From assembly GCA_041744215.1 (NCBI GenBank), contig JBGTLG010000039.1, positions 1-64,000 of the forward strand: a stretch of 64,000 nucleotides of DNA. Direction: 5' to 3'. The DNA is from Fimbriimonadales bacterium. GTDB lineage: Bacteria; Armatimonadota; Fimbriimonadia; Fimbriimonadales; ATM1. The notes beneath the pieces were generated by a model. It was not told the origin of the DNA. It made no database searches and was given only the letters and a program-made list of their open reading frames with translations. Position 1 is the stretch's first letter, and every line of letters starts with the position of its first letter. Positions 18,917 through 27,638 of this stretch are shown piece by piece. The position numbers and the translations under genes are program-made.

Positions 18917-20814
18917 TGGACATGAGTCCCTTCTGGCGCTGCTTTGTCAGGCATCAATAGGATCGCGCCGCCGTCTTCGGCATCCGCTGCGAGGATCATC
19001 CCCTGACTTTCATAGCCGCGAAGTTTTCTGGGAGCAAGGTTGGTGACCACCACGACTTGCCTGCCAATGATGTCCTCGGGCGTGTACTGCTGCGCGATGC
19101 CGGCAAGTACTTGCCGTCGCTCGTCACCGATGATCAGTTCCAATCGCAAAAGCTTGTCGGCACCATCGATTCTGTGCGCGTCAAGCACACGTCCGACTTT
19201 GAGTTTGACTTTCAGAAAGTCTTCAATAGTTATCAGGTTTTCGCTAGTCTGCGTCTGTTCGTCCATTTTCTGTTCCTGTTTCTTCTGCTTTTCAAGCCTG
19301 AGGAGGAGAGGCGTAGGCTTGTGGACCGCGTGATTCGCAGGAATGCAATCGTCGGCCCCGATCTGCTGCCAACTCTCTGTAGGCGAAAGATTCAACAGTC
19401 CACTCACTCGGTCTGATAGCATGGGCGTGATTGGCCTAAGGACGCCTTCGATTGCACGCAGCACGTAAGCGAGCGTCACCATGACGTCGGCCAGCCTTGG
19501 ATCGCTGTTCTTCTTTAGATCCCACGGCTTCTCCGTGTCGATCAAATGATTGAGAACGCTCGCTAACTCAGGGATCTTTGCACTTGCTTCATCGACACGA
19601 TATCGATTCATTGCGTTAGCGAACTCGGAGACGATCTCGCGGACGCGAGTGACTATCGCCTGATCTATCCGTCCGCTCGGGATCACCCCATCACAAAAAC
19701 TGTGGGTCATCGAAATGACTCGGTGAACTCCGTTCGAAATGTCATTGACTAGCTCCGCATTGAACTTCAGGTCAAAATCATCGAACGTGAACGTCGAATC
19801 AGACTCATAAGGCGCAATGCGCATCATGTAGTAACGGACACAGTCAACCGCGAGATCAATGTCGCAGGCGTTTCGATCAACTAAGGTTTGAGCGAGATCA
19901 AGCGGCGCAACTACATTTCCGGTCGACTTACTGATCTTCTCTTGACCCATCAGCGTCCAGCCGTGACCAACGAGTGTTTTAGGCAGCGGCAACTCGAGTC
20001 CCATCAACATCGCCGGCCATAACGTCGCGTGGAATCGCACAAGAATATCTTTGCCGACTAACTGCATGTCGGCTGGCCAATACTCTTCCCAATCACCGTC
20101 CGGCCAACCGATCGCAGAAATGTAGTTAACCAAGGCATCGAACCATACGTAGATCACTTGTGATTCATCGCCCGGCACTGGGATTCCCCAGCCCGTCGTC
20201 GCGCGCGTAATGCACGCGTCTCTTAGCCCCTGACCGATAAACGAAACCACTTCGTTTCGGCGGACATCTGGGAGAATAAAGTCCGGGTGGTTCTCGATGT
20301 GCGAAAGAATTCGGTCCTGGAAGGCAGAGAGCCTAAAGAAGTAGTTCTCCTCTTTGACCCATCTAACATCATTGCCATCCGGACTCTTTCCCTCGACTAG
20401 TTCCGACTCCTTGAAAAATGTCTCAGTGCGTACGTCGTACCATCCCTCGTATTCGCCTTTGTAGATGTGTCCCGCTTGTTGGAGTCGACGAAACACCTCC
20501 TGAACGACCGACACGTGTCGTGGCTCAGTCGTGCGTATGAAATCGTTGTAGCTGAGGTGCATACCATCGAAAACGCGTTTAAACTCGGCTGCAACTTCGT
20601 CAACAAATGCCTTTGGATCTTTTCCCGCGGCTTGGGCTGTCTCAAGAACCTTGGTCGCGTTCTCGTCGGTCCCAGTTAGGAAGTACGCGTCGCCGCGGGA
20701 CATGCGTTGAAACCGGGCGACGACATCGGCGAGCACCGCTTCTTGGGCAGATCCGATGTGCGGCGCGCTGTTAACATAATAGATTGCAGTCGTGATATAG
20801 AAGCGCTTCGACAT
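18913..20814 (-). CDS. metG: Methionine--tRNA ligase with C-terminal tRNA-binding domain
   Basis: YITTAIYYVNSAPHIG, YVWFDAL, GKDI, KISKS, SQGMILAA. Confidence 0.95.
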   Translation of the reverse strand: MSKRFYITTAIYYVNSAPHIGSAQEAVLADVVARFQRMSRGDAYFLTGTDENATKVLETAQAAGKDPKAFVDEVAAEFKRVFDGMHLSYNDFIRTTEPRHVSVVQEVFRRLQQAGHIYKGEYEGWYDVRTETFFKESELVEGKSPDGNDVRWVKEENYFFRLSAFQDRILSHIENHPDFILPDVRRNEVVSFIGQGLRDACITRATTGWGIPVPGDESQVIYVWFDALVNYISAIGWPDGDWEEYWPADMQLVGKDILVRFHATLWPAMLMGLELPLPKTLVGHGWTLMGQEKISKSTGNVVAPLDLAQTLVDRNACDIDLAVDCVRYYMMRIAPYESDSTFTFDDFDLKFNAELVNDISNGVHRVISMTHSFCDGVIPSGRIDQAIVTRVREIVSEFANAMNRYRVDEASAKIPELASVLNHLIDTEKPWDLKKNSDPRLADVMVTLAYVLRAIEGVLRPITPMLSDRVSGLLNLSPTESWQQIGADDCIPANHAVHKPTPLLLRLEKQKKQEQKMDEQTQTSENLITIEDFLKVKLKVGRVLDAHRIDGADKLLRLELIIGDERRQVLAGIAQQYTPEDIIGRQVVVVTNLAPRKLRGYESQGMILAADAEDGGAILLMPDKAAPEGTHVH

Positions 20815-20855
20815 GGGGCGGCGAATGGTACCCGGTGCCTGTATAATCATCTGCG

Positions 20856-21455
20856 ATGGAGCCGTTTCGCACTCACCGGGGGAAGATTGCCATTCTCAAT
20901 GAAGATGACGTTGATACCGACCGAATCATCCCAGCTCGATTCCTGAGCATGGTCACGCGATCCGGCTATGGCAATCTCTTGTTTCACGACGTCCGGCAGG
21001 ATGGCTTTCCGTTAGATGCCCCAGAAGCGCAAGGCGCGACAGTTCTGATAGTTGGAACGAATTTTGGTTGCGGCAGTAGTCGTGAGCATGCCGTCTGGGC
21101 GATTCAACAGTCTGGCTTCAGGGCCGTTGTAGCGCGAAAAACAGAGGAATCCGAGGGGTTCAGCGACATTTTCAGACAGAACAGCGCGAACAATGGGCTC
21201 CTTCTTGTCGAAGTGGGCACTGAGGCGCATCAGGCGATTGTCGGGCTTGGAACGGGGGCTACGATAGAAATCGACTTGCCGACCCAGCGCATCCAGTTCG
21301 GGGGCCGCGCGGCGGAGTTTGAGATCCACCCTGCGACAAAGCACGCGCTCACCGAGGGACTTGATCTGATTGGGACAACCCTCGTCCACGAAGACGCCAT
21401 AACTGAGTACGAGCGGACTCATGGAACTTCGGCCCCACCCAGCACGCAACGCTGA
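20856..21455 (+). CDS. leuD: 3-isopropylmalate dehydratase small subunit
   Basis: DTDRIIPARFL, NFGCGSSREHA, FSDIFRQNSANNGLL. Confidence 0.9.
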   Translation: MEPFRTHRGKIAILNEDDVDTDRIIPARFLSMVTRSGYGNLLFHDVRQDGFPLDAPEAQGATVLIVGTNFGCGSSREHAVWAIQQSGFRAVVARKTEESEGFSDIFRQNSANNGLLLVEVGTEAHQAIVGLGTGATIEIDLPTQRIQFGGRAAEFEIHPATKHALTEGLDLIGTTLVHEDAITEYERTHGTSAPPSTQR

Positions 21456-21558
21456 TCACCAATCCTAGTAAAATTACCGGTTCTCGATATTACTGCAGCA
21501 TCTGACAGGAAGCGGCTCAGGTATCGCTCGCGGTCTACCGAAACTCCCTATTGGGAAC

Positions 21559-22347
21559 ATGCCGCGACCAAAACATACACCTGCAGTCAAGTTTGCGTTA
21601 TCAGCCGTCCTCGGGATGACCTTCCCGATGGCGACCTTTGGAACCTCGGTCGGCGTCTACACCCGCGGGAACCCGGCACCTGAGTTCGTCCCATTAGTGA
21701 TGCCCGAACTACAAGCTCAGTTGAGTATCGCGATCGTGGAAATGGCCTTTGGCGACATCAGCCGAACTGCGCCCAGGGCAGCGGCGGCAGGGTTGCCCTC
21801 ACGGATCAGCGTTTACATCGATACAGGAACTCTTCCCCCGAGCAGAGCGTCGCAGCTTCGCTCGTGGGCTGAGGAGGGGGTCCGCGAATGGGATCGCGCG
21901 CAGATTAGTGTGCCGATCGACTTCATTGACTCGCCGACGCGCGCCACAACTGTCATTCGCTTTGTAGATCGGCTCGTAGTCGATGGACGCAGGATGGCCG
22001 GTTTCATCGAGTGGACCCGAAGGGTGATTCGAAACGGAGGCGGCTCGAACCTGGAGGTGCGATCCCTAATCAGAGTCTCGAATCGATTCTCAAACGGAAG
22101 CCTGATGTCGGAAGGACAAATCAAGAAGGTCGTCGCTCATGAGTTTGGACACCTGCTGGGCCTAGCGGATGACGATTGCTCGAAGTCGCTTATGGGGCCG
22201 GTTGGCCCTCACGCGGACGGCATCGTGCCGGACTCTGCTGTTCAAGCTGTGGCTGAGTTGCGCGGGCGAAGTCAGGAGGTCGTTGCGGCTGCGCAACAGG
22301 TTCGTCCTGAGTCCAAGCAGCCACGCATTTTCGTCTTTGCCAAGTAA
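21559..22347 (+). CDS. Secreted matrixin-like zinc metalloprotease
   Basis: HEFGHLLGLAD plus Met-turn SLMGP. Confidence 0.75.
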   Translation: MPRPKHTPAVKFALSAVLGMTFPMATFGTSVGVYTRGNPAPEFVPLVMPELQAQLSIAIVEMAFGDISRTAPRAAAAGLPSRISVYIDTGTLPPSRASQLRSWAEEGVREWDRAQISVPIDFIDSPTRATTVIRFVDRLVVDGRRMAGFIEWTRRVIRNGGGSNLEVRSLIRVSNRFSNGSLMSEGQIKKVVAHEFGHLLGLADDDCSKSLMGPVGPHADGIVPDSAVQAVAELRGRSQEVVAAAQQVRPESKQPRIFVFAK

Positions 22348-22353
22348 CAGGCT

Positions 22354-22842
22354 CTAGGCCGGAAACTCTGGGTGTGAGCGGATCATCCAGATCTGTCCCG
22401 TGTGGTAGCCCGCATGCTGCGCTAGACGAGCCAGACCTTCACGACCTGAAACGTCGTCACCCACTGGGCTCACCAGTCGCATCTCAAGCTGGTCGATCGT
22501 TGGGCTAGACAACACCGGCTCGATCTCGACTTCCGTGAACTCCAGCGCAGCAAGGCAGCCAGCAACCGTCATCTCTGCATCGTCGAAAGGAGAGTGACCA
22601 TCGCGCAAGAATCCGTCCTTCACTGCTAAGTCCAGTTTTCCTTCGTAATCCGTTCTTGCCGGATTTTGGCCGTGAAGCCGGGCTGCCCAATAGTGCTCTG
22701 CGCCCGCAATGTGATAGAGAATCTCAGCGATAGTATGTGAGCGCTCGTGCTGCCGCCAGGTTACTTGGTTGTCGGACAGTCCGTCGATCGCCTGCGAAAG
22801 CCTCTGCCTCGTGAATCTCCAAACGTCATAAAGATCGCTCAT
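22354..22842 (-). CDS. DinB family protein
   Basis: HIAGAEHYW and HAGYHTGQI His triad. Confidence 0.85.
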   Translation of the reverse strand: MSDLYDVWRFTRQRLSQAIDGLSDNQVTWRQHERSHTIAEILYHIAGAEHYWAARLHGQNPARTDYEGKLDLAVKDGFLRDGHSPFDDAEMTVAGCLAALEFTEVEIEPVLSSPTIDQLEMRLVSPVGDDVSGREGLARLAQHAGYHTGQIWMIRSHPEFPA

Positions 22843-22961
22843 GAATCAAACTTACCTTGACCAACAACCCGTCCAAACGATAGGCAAATTGCGATAGAAT
22901 TGGTGTAGATCGTAAGCTCGCATTGTTTGCCTGGTAATTCTGCCAGGCCATTGGAGGAAAG

Positions 22962-24689
22962 TTGATGATACGCAAAATGAAAGTATTAGTTGGAGTTGCT
23001 CTAGGGGCAACGATGGTGGTGTCCGCGGTCGCGCAGACAATCACGCTTCCGGATTACTTCGTTGAGACAATCGTAGCGGGAGGGACCGGGCTTTCGCAAC
23101 CCACAACAATGGCCTTCATCGGGTCGAACGACTTCTTGATACTTGAGAAAGCGACCGGTAACGTGAAGCGCTATACGAACGGTGCGTTCCAAGGTGTTGT
23201 GCTTAATGTGCCGGTAAACTCATCCAGCGAACGTGGACTACTGGGCATCTGCTTGCATCCTGATTTTCCAGTTGTCCCTCAGGTTTATCTCTACTATTCG
23301 CGTGCGGCGACCGCAGGAGGAACGTGGTTGGACAACCGCGTCGATCGATTCAATTGGAATGGCACCAATCTGACGTTCGACATGAACATCATTTCGTATC
23401 CTTCCTCTGCATCGCAAGCTAATGGCGCGAATCACGACGGCGGAATCATCATGATTGGTCCCGACCGAAAGCTCTACGTCGTCACCGGAGATCTAAACCG
23501 TGGTCGATTTGCGAATCCTCGTATCGAGCAGAACACCAGCACTACTGCGGTTGCAGACGTTGGCGGGATTGACCGGCTTGAGCTTGACGGTGGCACACCT
23601 GTAGATAACCCTTTCATTGGTCATGCGGATCCACGCATTCGAAAGTACTTCGCCTACGGGGTACGGAACTCGTACGGCATGTGCTATGACCCAGTCACAA
23701 ACAAGGTTTGGATCACCGACAACGGGCCCAACGTTTATGACGAGATCAACTACGTTGAAGCCGGATTCAATGGCGGTTGGCTAAAAATCATGGGTCCCGA
23801 TTCGCGCAATGCGACGTACACCGAAAACGGCTTCACTTCGTTCAACGCCGGCGACCTCACAGTACTCCCAGGCTCGCACTACCGAGATCCGGAATTCAGT
23901 TGGTTGGCGCCAATCGGGGTCACATCGATTCGCTTTCTGAGCAGCGAAAAGTTCTATCCAAGTGAGCGTAATGGGATGCTCGTCGGCGATAACAACACTG
24001 GCCAACTCTACTTTTACGAGATGACTCCTGCGCGCGACGCGCTCGTCCTGTTTGGAGGAACTCTTGACAAAGTTGCTGACTCAACCGCGGAGAGGAACCA
24101 GCACAGAGTTGGAACTGGCTGGGGCGTGACCACCGACATAGTGATTGGCCCTGATGGCTATGCGTACCTCGTAAGCCTGTCGGCAGGCGCAGTTCGCCGG
24201 ATACGACCCTCGATCGAGACAGTCTATGCCAACAGCTACACGCTTAACACAGGTGTAGAGGTAGGTGGAAATCTTCAGTCGTTGCGCGAGAGCGACAACG
24301 ACCGACTATCGATTCGCGAGGTGCCACCAGTGGCGCTGGGCGGGCCGTCGGTTGTTGTGACGGTGTTTGGCCTTTCGCCGGTCCTTGCGCCCACAGAACT
24401 TCGGTTGATCGTCGAGCACTCGACTACCGGCGTTCCTGCAAGCGCGGTGACTATTCGAACGATGATGTTCAACTTCCAAACTAACTCCTACGACATCGTG
24501 GATCAACGAGCAGGAACCGCTGCCGACACTGTCGTGGAGGTAGTCATCGGAAGCAACACTTCGCGATACATTAACCAGGCCACAAATGAAGTGAGGACGA
24601 GGATCCAATACTTCGATCCTGGAACATTGTTCTCATTCGGCTGGGTGGGAAGGATAGACCAAGTCAATTGGAGAGTTCGTGTACAGTAG
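22962..24689 (+). CDS. Secreted PQQ-dependent sugar dehydrogenase (GSDH) with C-terminal beta domain, copy 1
   Basis: ERGLLG, NHDGG, GVRNSYG, DEIN; signal peptide. Confidence 0.88.
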   Translation: MMIRKMKVLVGVALGATMVVSAVAQTITLPDYFVETIVAGGTGLSQPTTMAFIGSNDFLILEKATGNVKRYTNGAFQGVVLNVPVNSSSERGLLGICLHPDFPVVPQVYLYYSRAATAGGTWLDNRVDRFNWNGTNLTFDMNIISYPSSASQANGANHDGGIIMIGPDRKLYVVTGDLNRGRFANPRIEQNTSTTAVADVGGIDRLELDGGTPVDNPFIGHADPRIRKYFAYGVRNSYGMCYDPVTNKVWITDNGPNVYDEINYVEAGFNGGWLKIMGPDSRNATYTENGFTSFNAGDLTVLPGSHYRDPEFSWLAPIGVTSIRFLSSEKFYPSERNGMLVGDNNTGQLYFYEMTPARDALVLFGGTLDKVADSTAERNQHRVGTGWGVTTDIVIGPDGYAYLVSLSAGAVRRIRPSIETVYANSYTLNTGVEVGGNLQSLRESDNDRLSIREVPPVALGGPSVVVTVFGLSPVLAPTELRLIVEHSTTGVPASAVTIRTMMFNFQTNSYDIVDQRAGTAADTVVEVVIGSNTSRYINQATNEVRTRIQYFDPGTLFSFGWVGRIDQVNWRVRVQ

Positions 24690-26436
24690 GTCACACTCAA
24701 ACAAAGTAAATCGAAGGAGCGTGAGACGATACTGCGTGTCGATCTTGCTCGCGTCAGGTGCCCTTGCAAACGCTAGCCCAGCAGCAGGGCAAACGCTAAA
24801 TCTGCAAGGGTACTTCTACGAAACAGTTGCCACGGGGTTGTCATTTCCCACTATGATGGCCTTCGTGGACCACAATGACTTCCTCGTTCTCGAAAAGAAT
24901 ACGGGAAAAGTGAAGCGATATGTGAATGGGGTGTTCGTGGGCGAAGTACTCGACTTAGCGGTGTCGAACCAAAGCGAGCGCGGACTGCTCGGTATCGTAA
25001 GTCATCCCGACTTTCCTCAAGTGCCAAAATTCTACGTATACTATTCACGAGCAACAGTTGACGGAGGAACATGGCTCGATAACAGGGTCGAGACGTTTAC
25101 ATGGAATGGCACGACGCTCGTTGTCGATCAACTGATCGCGGATTGGCCACCTGACCCCACGCAAAACAACGGGCCAAATCATGATGGCGGATACATGGTC
25201 ATCGGCCCAGATCGAAAGCTATACATCCAAACGGGAGACCTTAACCGTGGTCGATTCAACAATCCAAGAATCGAGCAAAACACAAGCTCAACTGCAGTGG
25301 CTGGCGTTGGCGCGATCGAAAGGAGAGAACTTGATGGCTCGGCTCCCCCAGACAATCCGTTCTTCTCACATTCGGATCCACGAGTTCGAAACTACTACTG
25401 CTACGGCTTTCGAAACGGTTATGGAATGGCATTTGATCCCGTCACAGACATACTTTGGATGACAGAAAACGGATCAGGCAGCTACGATGAAATCAACTAC
25501 TGTCTTCCTGGACTCAACTCCGGGTGGGTGAAAATCATGGGGCCAGACAAGCGTGACGCCTCATATGCAGAAAATGGGTTCCAGGTTTTTGATGCAGAAG
25601 ACTTGTTTTACTTGCCAGGCTCGCACTATCGCGACCCGGAGTTTAGTTGGCTGGCGCCTGTAGGAGTTACCGCACTCGAGTTCTTGCGAAGCCGAAAGTT
25701 TTACCCATCCGAGAGAAACGCAATGTTCGTCGGCGACATCAATGGCGGGCGGCTCTTTTATTTTCAACTAACGCCCTCTCGTGACGAACTCGAACTCTTT
25801 GGCGGGACTTTGGATAAGGTTGCAGACACGCTGGAAGAGCGCAATCAGCACGTCGTTGGCACTGGATTTGCAGGAATAACCGATATAAAAATTGGTCCAG
25901 ATGGTTATGCGTACATCGTCAGCTACTTCAACGGTGCTGTTTACCGCATTCGACCAATTGTTGAGACAGTCTATGCAACTTCATTGCAGATGTTGACAGG
26001 CGTCATTCAATCTGGCGGACTCGCAGAGCTCGAGGAGAGCGATGATTTGAAGTTCATCGTTCGCGAAGCCCCACCAATTGCGCTCGGCGGACCTTCTGTC
26101 GCGTTCTTTATCGAAGGCACCTCGCCGGAGGCTTCTCCAGTCGAAGTTTCCTTCGTTGCCGAATTTTCGACCAGCGCTGCGCCTGCACCCGCGACTACCT
26201 TCCGTACTAGTTTGTTCAACTTCCAAACAAACTCATACGAGATTATCGATTCCCGTGCCGGAACAGCTACGGACGTTTCTTTTGAGGTCAGCATCACGAA
26301 GAATCCTTCGCGCTTTGTCGACCCGACTTCGCGGACTATCAGAGCAAGGTTTCAAGTGCTGGATCCCGGCACCTTGTTCACGTTTGGTTGGGCTGCCCGC
26401 TTTGATACAGCCGTTTGGAAAGTAACCGTCCGTTAG
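24679..26436 (+). CDS. Secreted PQQ-dependent sugar dehydrogenase (GSDH), copy 2
   Basis: Same motifs, collinear with copy 1; start uncertain. Confidence 0.88.
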   Translation: MYSRSHSNKVNRRSVRRYCVSILLASGALANASPAAGQTLNLQGYFYETVATGLSFPTMMAFVDHNDFLVLEKNTGKVKRYVNGVFVGEVLDLAVSNQSERGLLGIVSHPDFPQVPKFYVYYSRATVDGGTWLDNRVETFTWNGTTLVVDQLIADWPPDPTQNNGPNHDGGYMVIGPDRKLYIQTGDLNRGRFNNPRIEQNTSSTAVAGVGAIERRELDGSAPPDNPFFSHSDPRVRNYYCYGFRNGYGMAFDPVTDILWMTENGSGSYDEINYCLPGLNSGWVKIMGPDKRDASYAENGFQVFDAEDLFYLPGSHYRDPEFSWLAPVGVTALEFLRSRKFYPSERNAMFVGDINGGRLFYFQLTPSRDELELFGGTLDKVADTLEERNQHVVGTGFAGITDIKIGPDGYAYIVSYFNGAVYRIRPIVETVYATSLQMLTGVIQSGGLAELEESDDLKFIVREAPPIALGGPSVAFFIEGTSPEASPVEVSFVAEFSTSAAPAPATTFRTSLFNFQTNSYEIIDSRAGTATDVSFEVSITKNPSRFVDPTSRTIRARFQVLDPGTLFTFGWAARFDTAVWKVTVR

Positions 26437-27368
26437 CGCGAAAAAAAGCTTCTGATAAAGAAGAAAAGGTTAGCGGGTCGCTCCGCAAGCCTGCGCGTGA
26501 AGTACGGATACCAACTGCTGCCGTAGGGGACATACACGCGGACAATGTTTCCACGCTTTTTGAGCTGCTGTTGAAGATTCCTCCGTATTCCGTACAGGAA
26601 TTGGTACTCGAAGCGACCGTGAGAGATGTCGCTTCGATCCGCAAACTCATTAATCTGATCAATGATTGCAGAGTCATGGGTGGCGATGCCCGGATGCACC
26701 GCATCGCGTATGAGTTTGCAGGCTGCCATCACGAACGCTTCGTTGACTGCCTTCTTTTTTGTGAGCGCAACAGCTGCTGATTCCAAGTAAGCGCCCTTGA
26801 CTAACCGTATTCGGACTCCCGCCGCCACGAGTCGCTCAATATCCGTCGGTGTCCGGTGGAGCATTGCCTGCAAAACTGTTCCAACATTTCGATGCCGCTG
26901 CGCGGCATTGAGTACCAACCGGATGGTCACGTCTGTCAGCGCACTCTCCTCCATGTCGATGCGGACGAAGATCGGAGGATCGCTGGCTGCTGCCAAAAGA
27001 CTCTCAAGCCGACCCGCGCACCTGGCCTCATCGATGTGCGCACCAAGTTGTGATAGCTTTATCGAGATGTTGATTCTCTCAGGGATCCACCCCCCGAAGT
27101 GCGGCGATTCCGAAATGGCCTGAACTAAGCTAAGGTACTCCTGGAGAGCGGCGTCAGCTTCTTCATCCGTTGCGACATTCTCGCCCAGCAGATCAAGGGA
27201 AACCTTGTAGCCCTCGGAAGCGAGGCTCTCTGCGACAGCCATCGCCTCTTCCAGGGTGTCGCCCGCGACGAAGCGCCGAACAACGCCCCTGAACACCCGG
27301 CTTCTTCGAACGAACCGCTCAATGGCCTGGTTGCGGGCGAGAGAGAGTATGAGACTGCGCAAGATCAT
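26433..27368 (-). CDS. Monofunctional proline dehydrogenase
   Basis: RFVAG, DLLGE, RIDME, RLVKGAY, ATHD, YFTRRLAERPAN. Confidence 0.92.
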   Translation of the reverse strand: MILRSLILSLARNQAIERFVRRSRVFRGVVRRFVAGDTLEEAMAVAESLASEGYKVSLDLLGENVATDEEADAALQEYLSLVQAISESPHFGGWIPERINISIKLSQLGAHIDEARCAGRLESLLAAASDPPIFVRIDMEESALTDVTIRLVLNAAQRHRNVGTVLQAMLHRTPTDIERLVAAGVRIRLVKGAYLESAAVALTKKKAVNEAFVMAACKLIRDAVHPGIATHDSAIIDQINEFADRSDISHGRFEYQFLYGIRRNLQQQLKKRGNIVRVYVPYGSSWYPYFTRRLAERPANLFFFIRSFFSR

Positions 27369-27638
27369 GCGGCGTCGGCGATACTACCGAATCCTTCCTG
27401 ATGGTATAATCCGCCCGTGCTCAAAATCGCCCCGCCTAACTCCAGGGCGATCGCGGTTGCCCAGCGCACGTGGGGATGAACGAGATCATTTGCATGCAGG
27501 CCCGCCTAACACGCCAGTTTCAATTGCCCACCAGTATGGCCAGGATGGCCCCCGACCAACATTTTTGCCTCAAATCTTGAATCCACTAGCTGCCAGAAGG
27601 TACGCTTATGGTTTGTCGCTCACCTGCCGGAGGGTTGA

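Noticed and set aside
20856-21455. leuD without adjacent leuC
   Set aside because: Split leu genes are common and cannot be judged from one window
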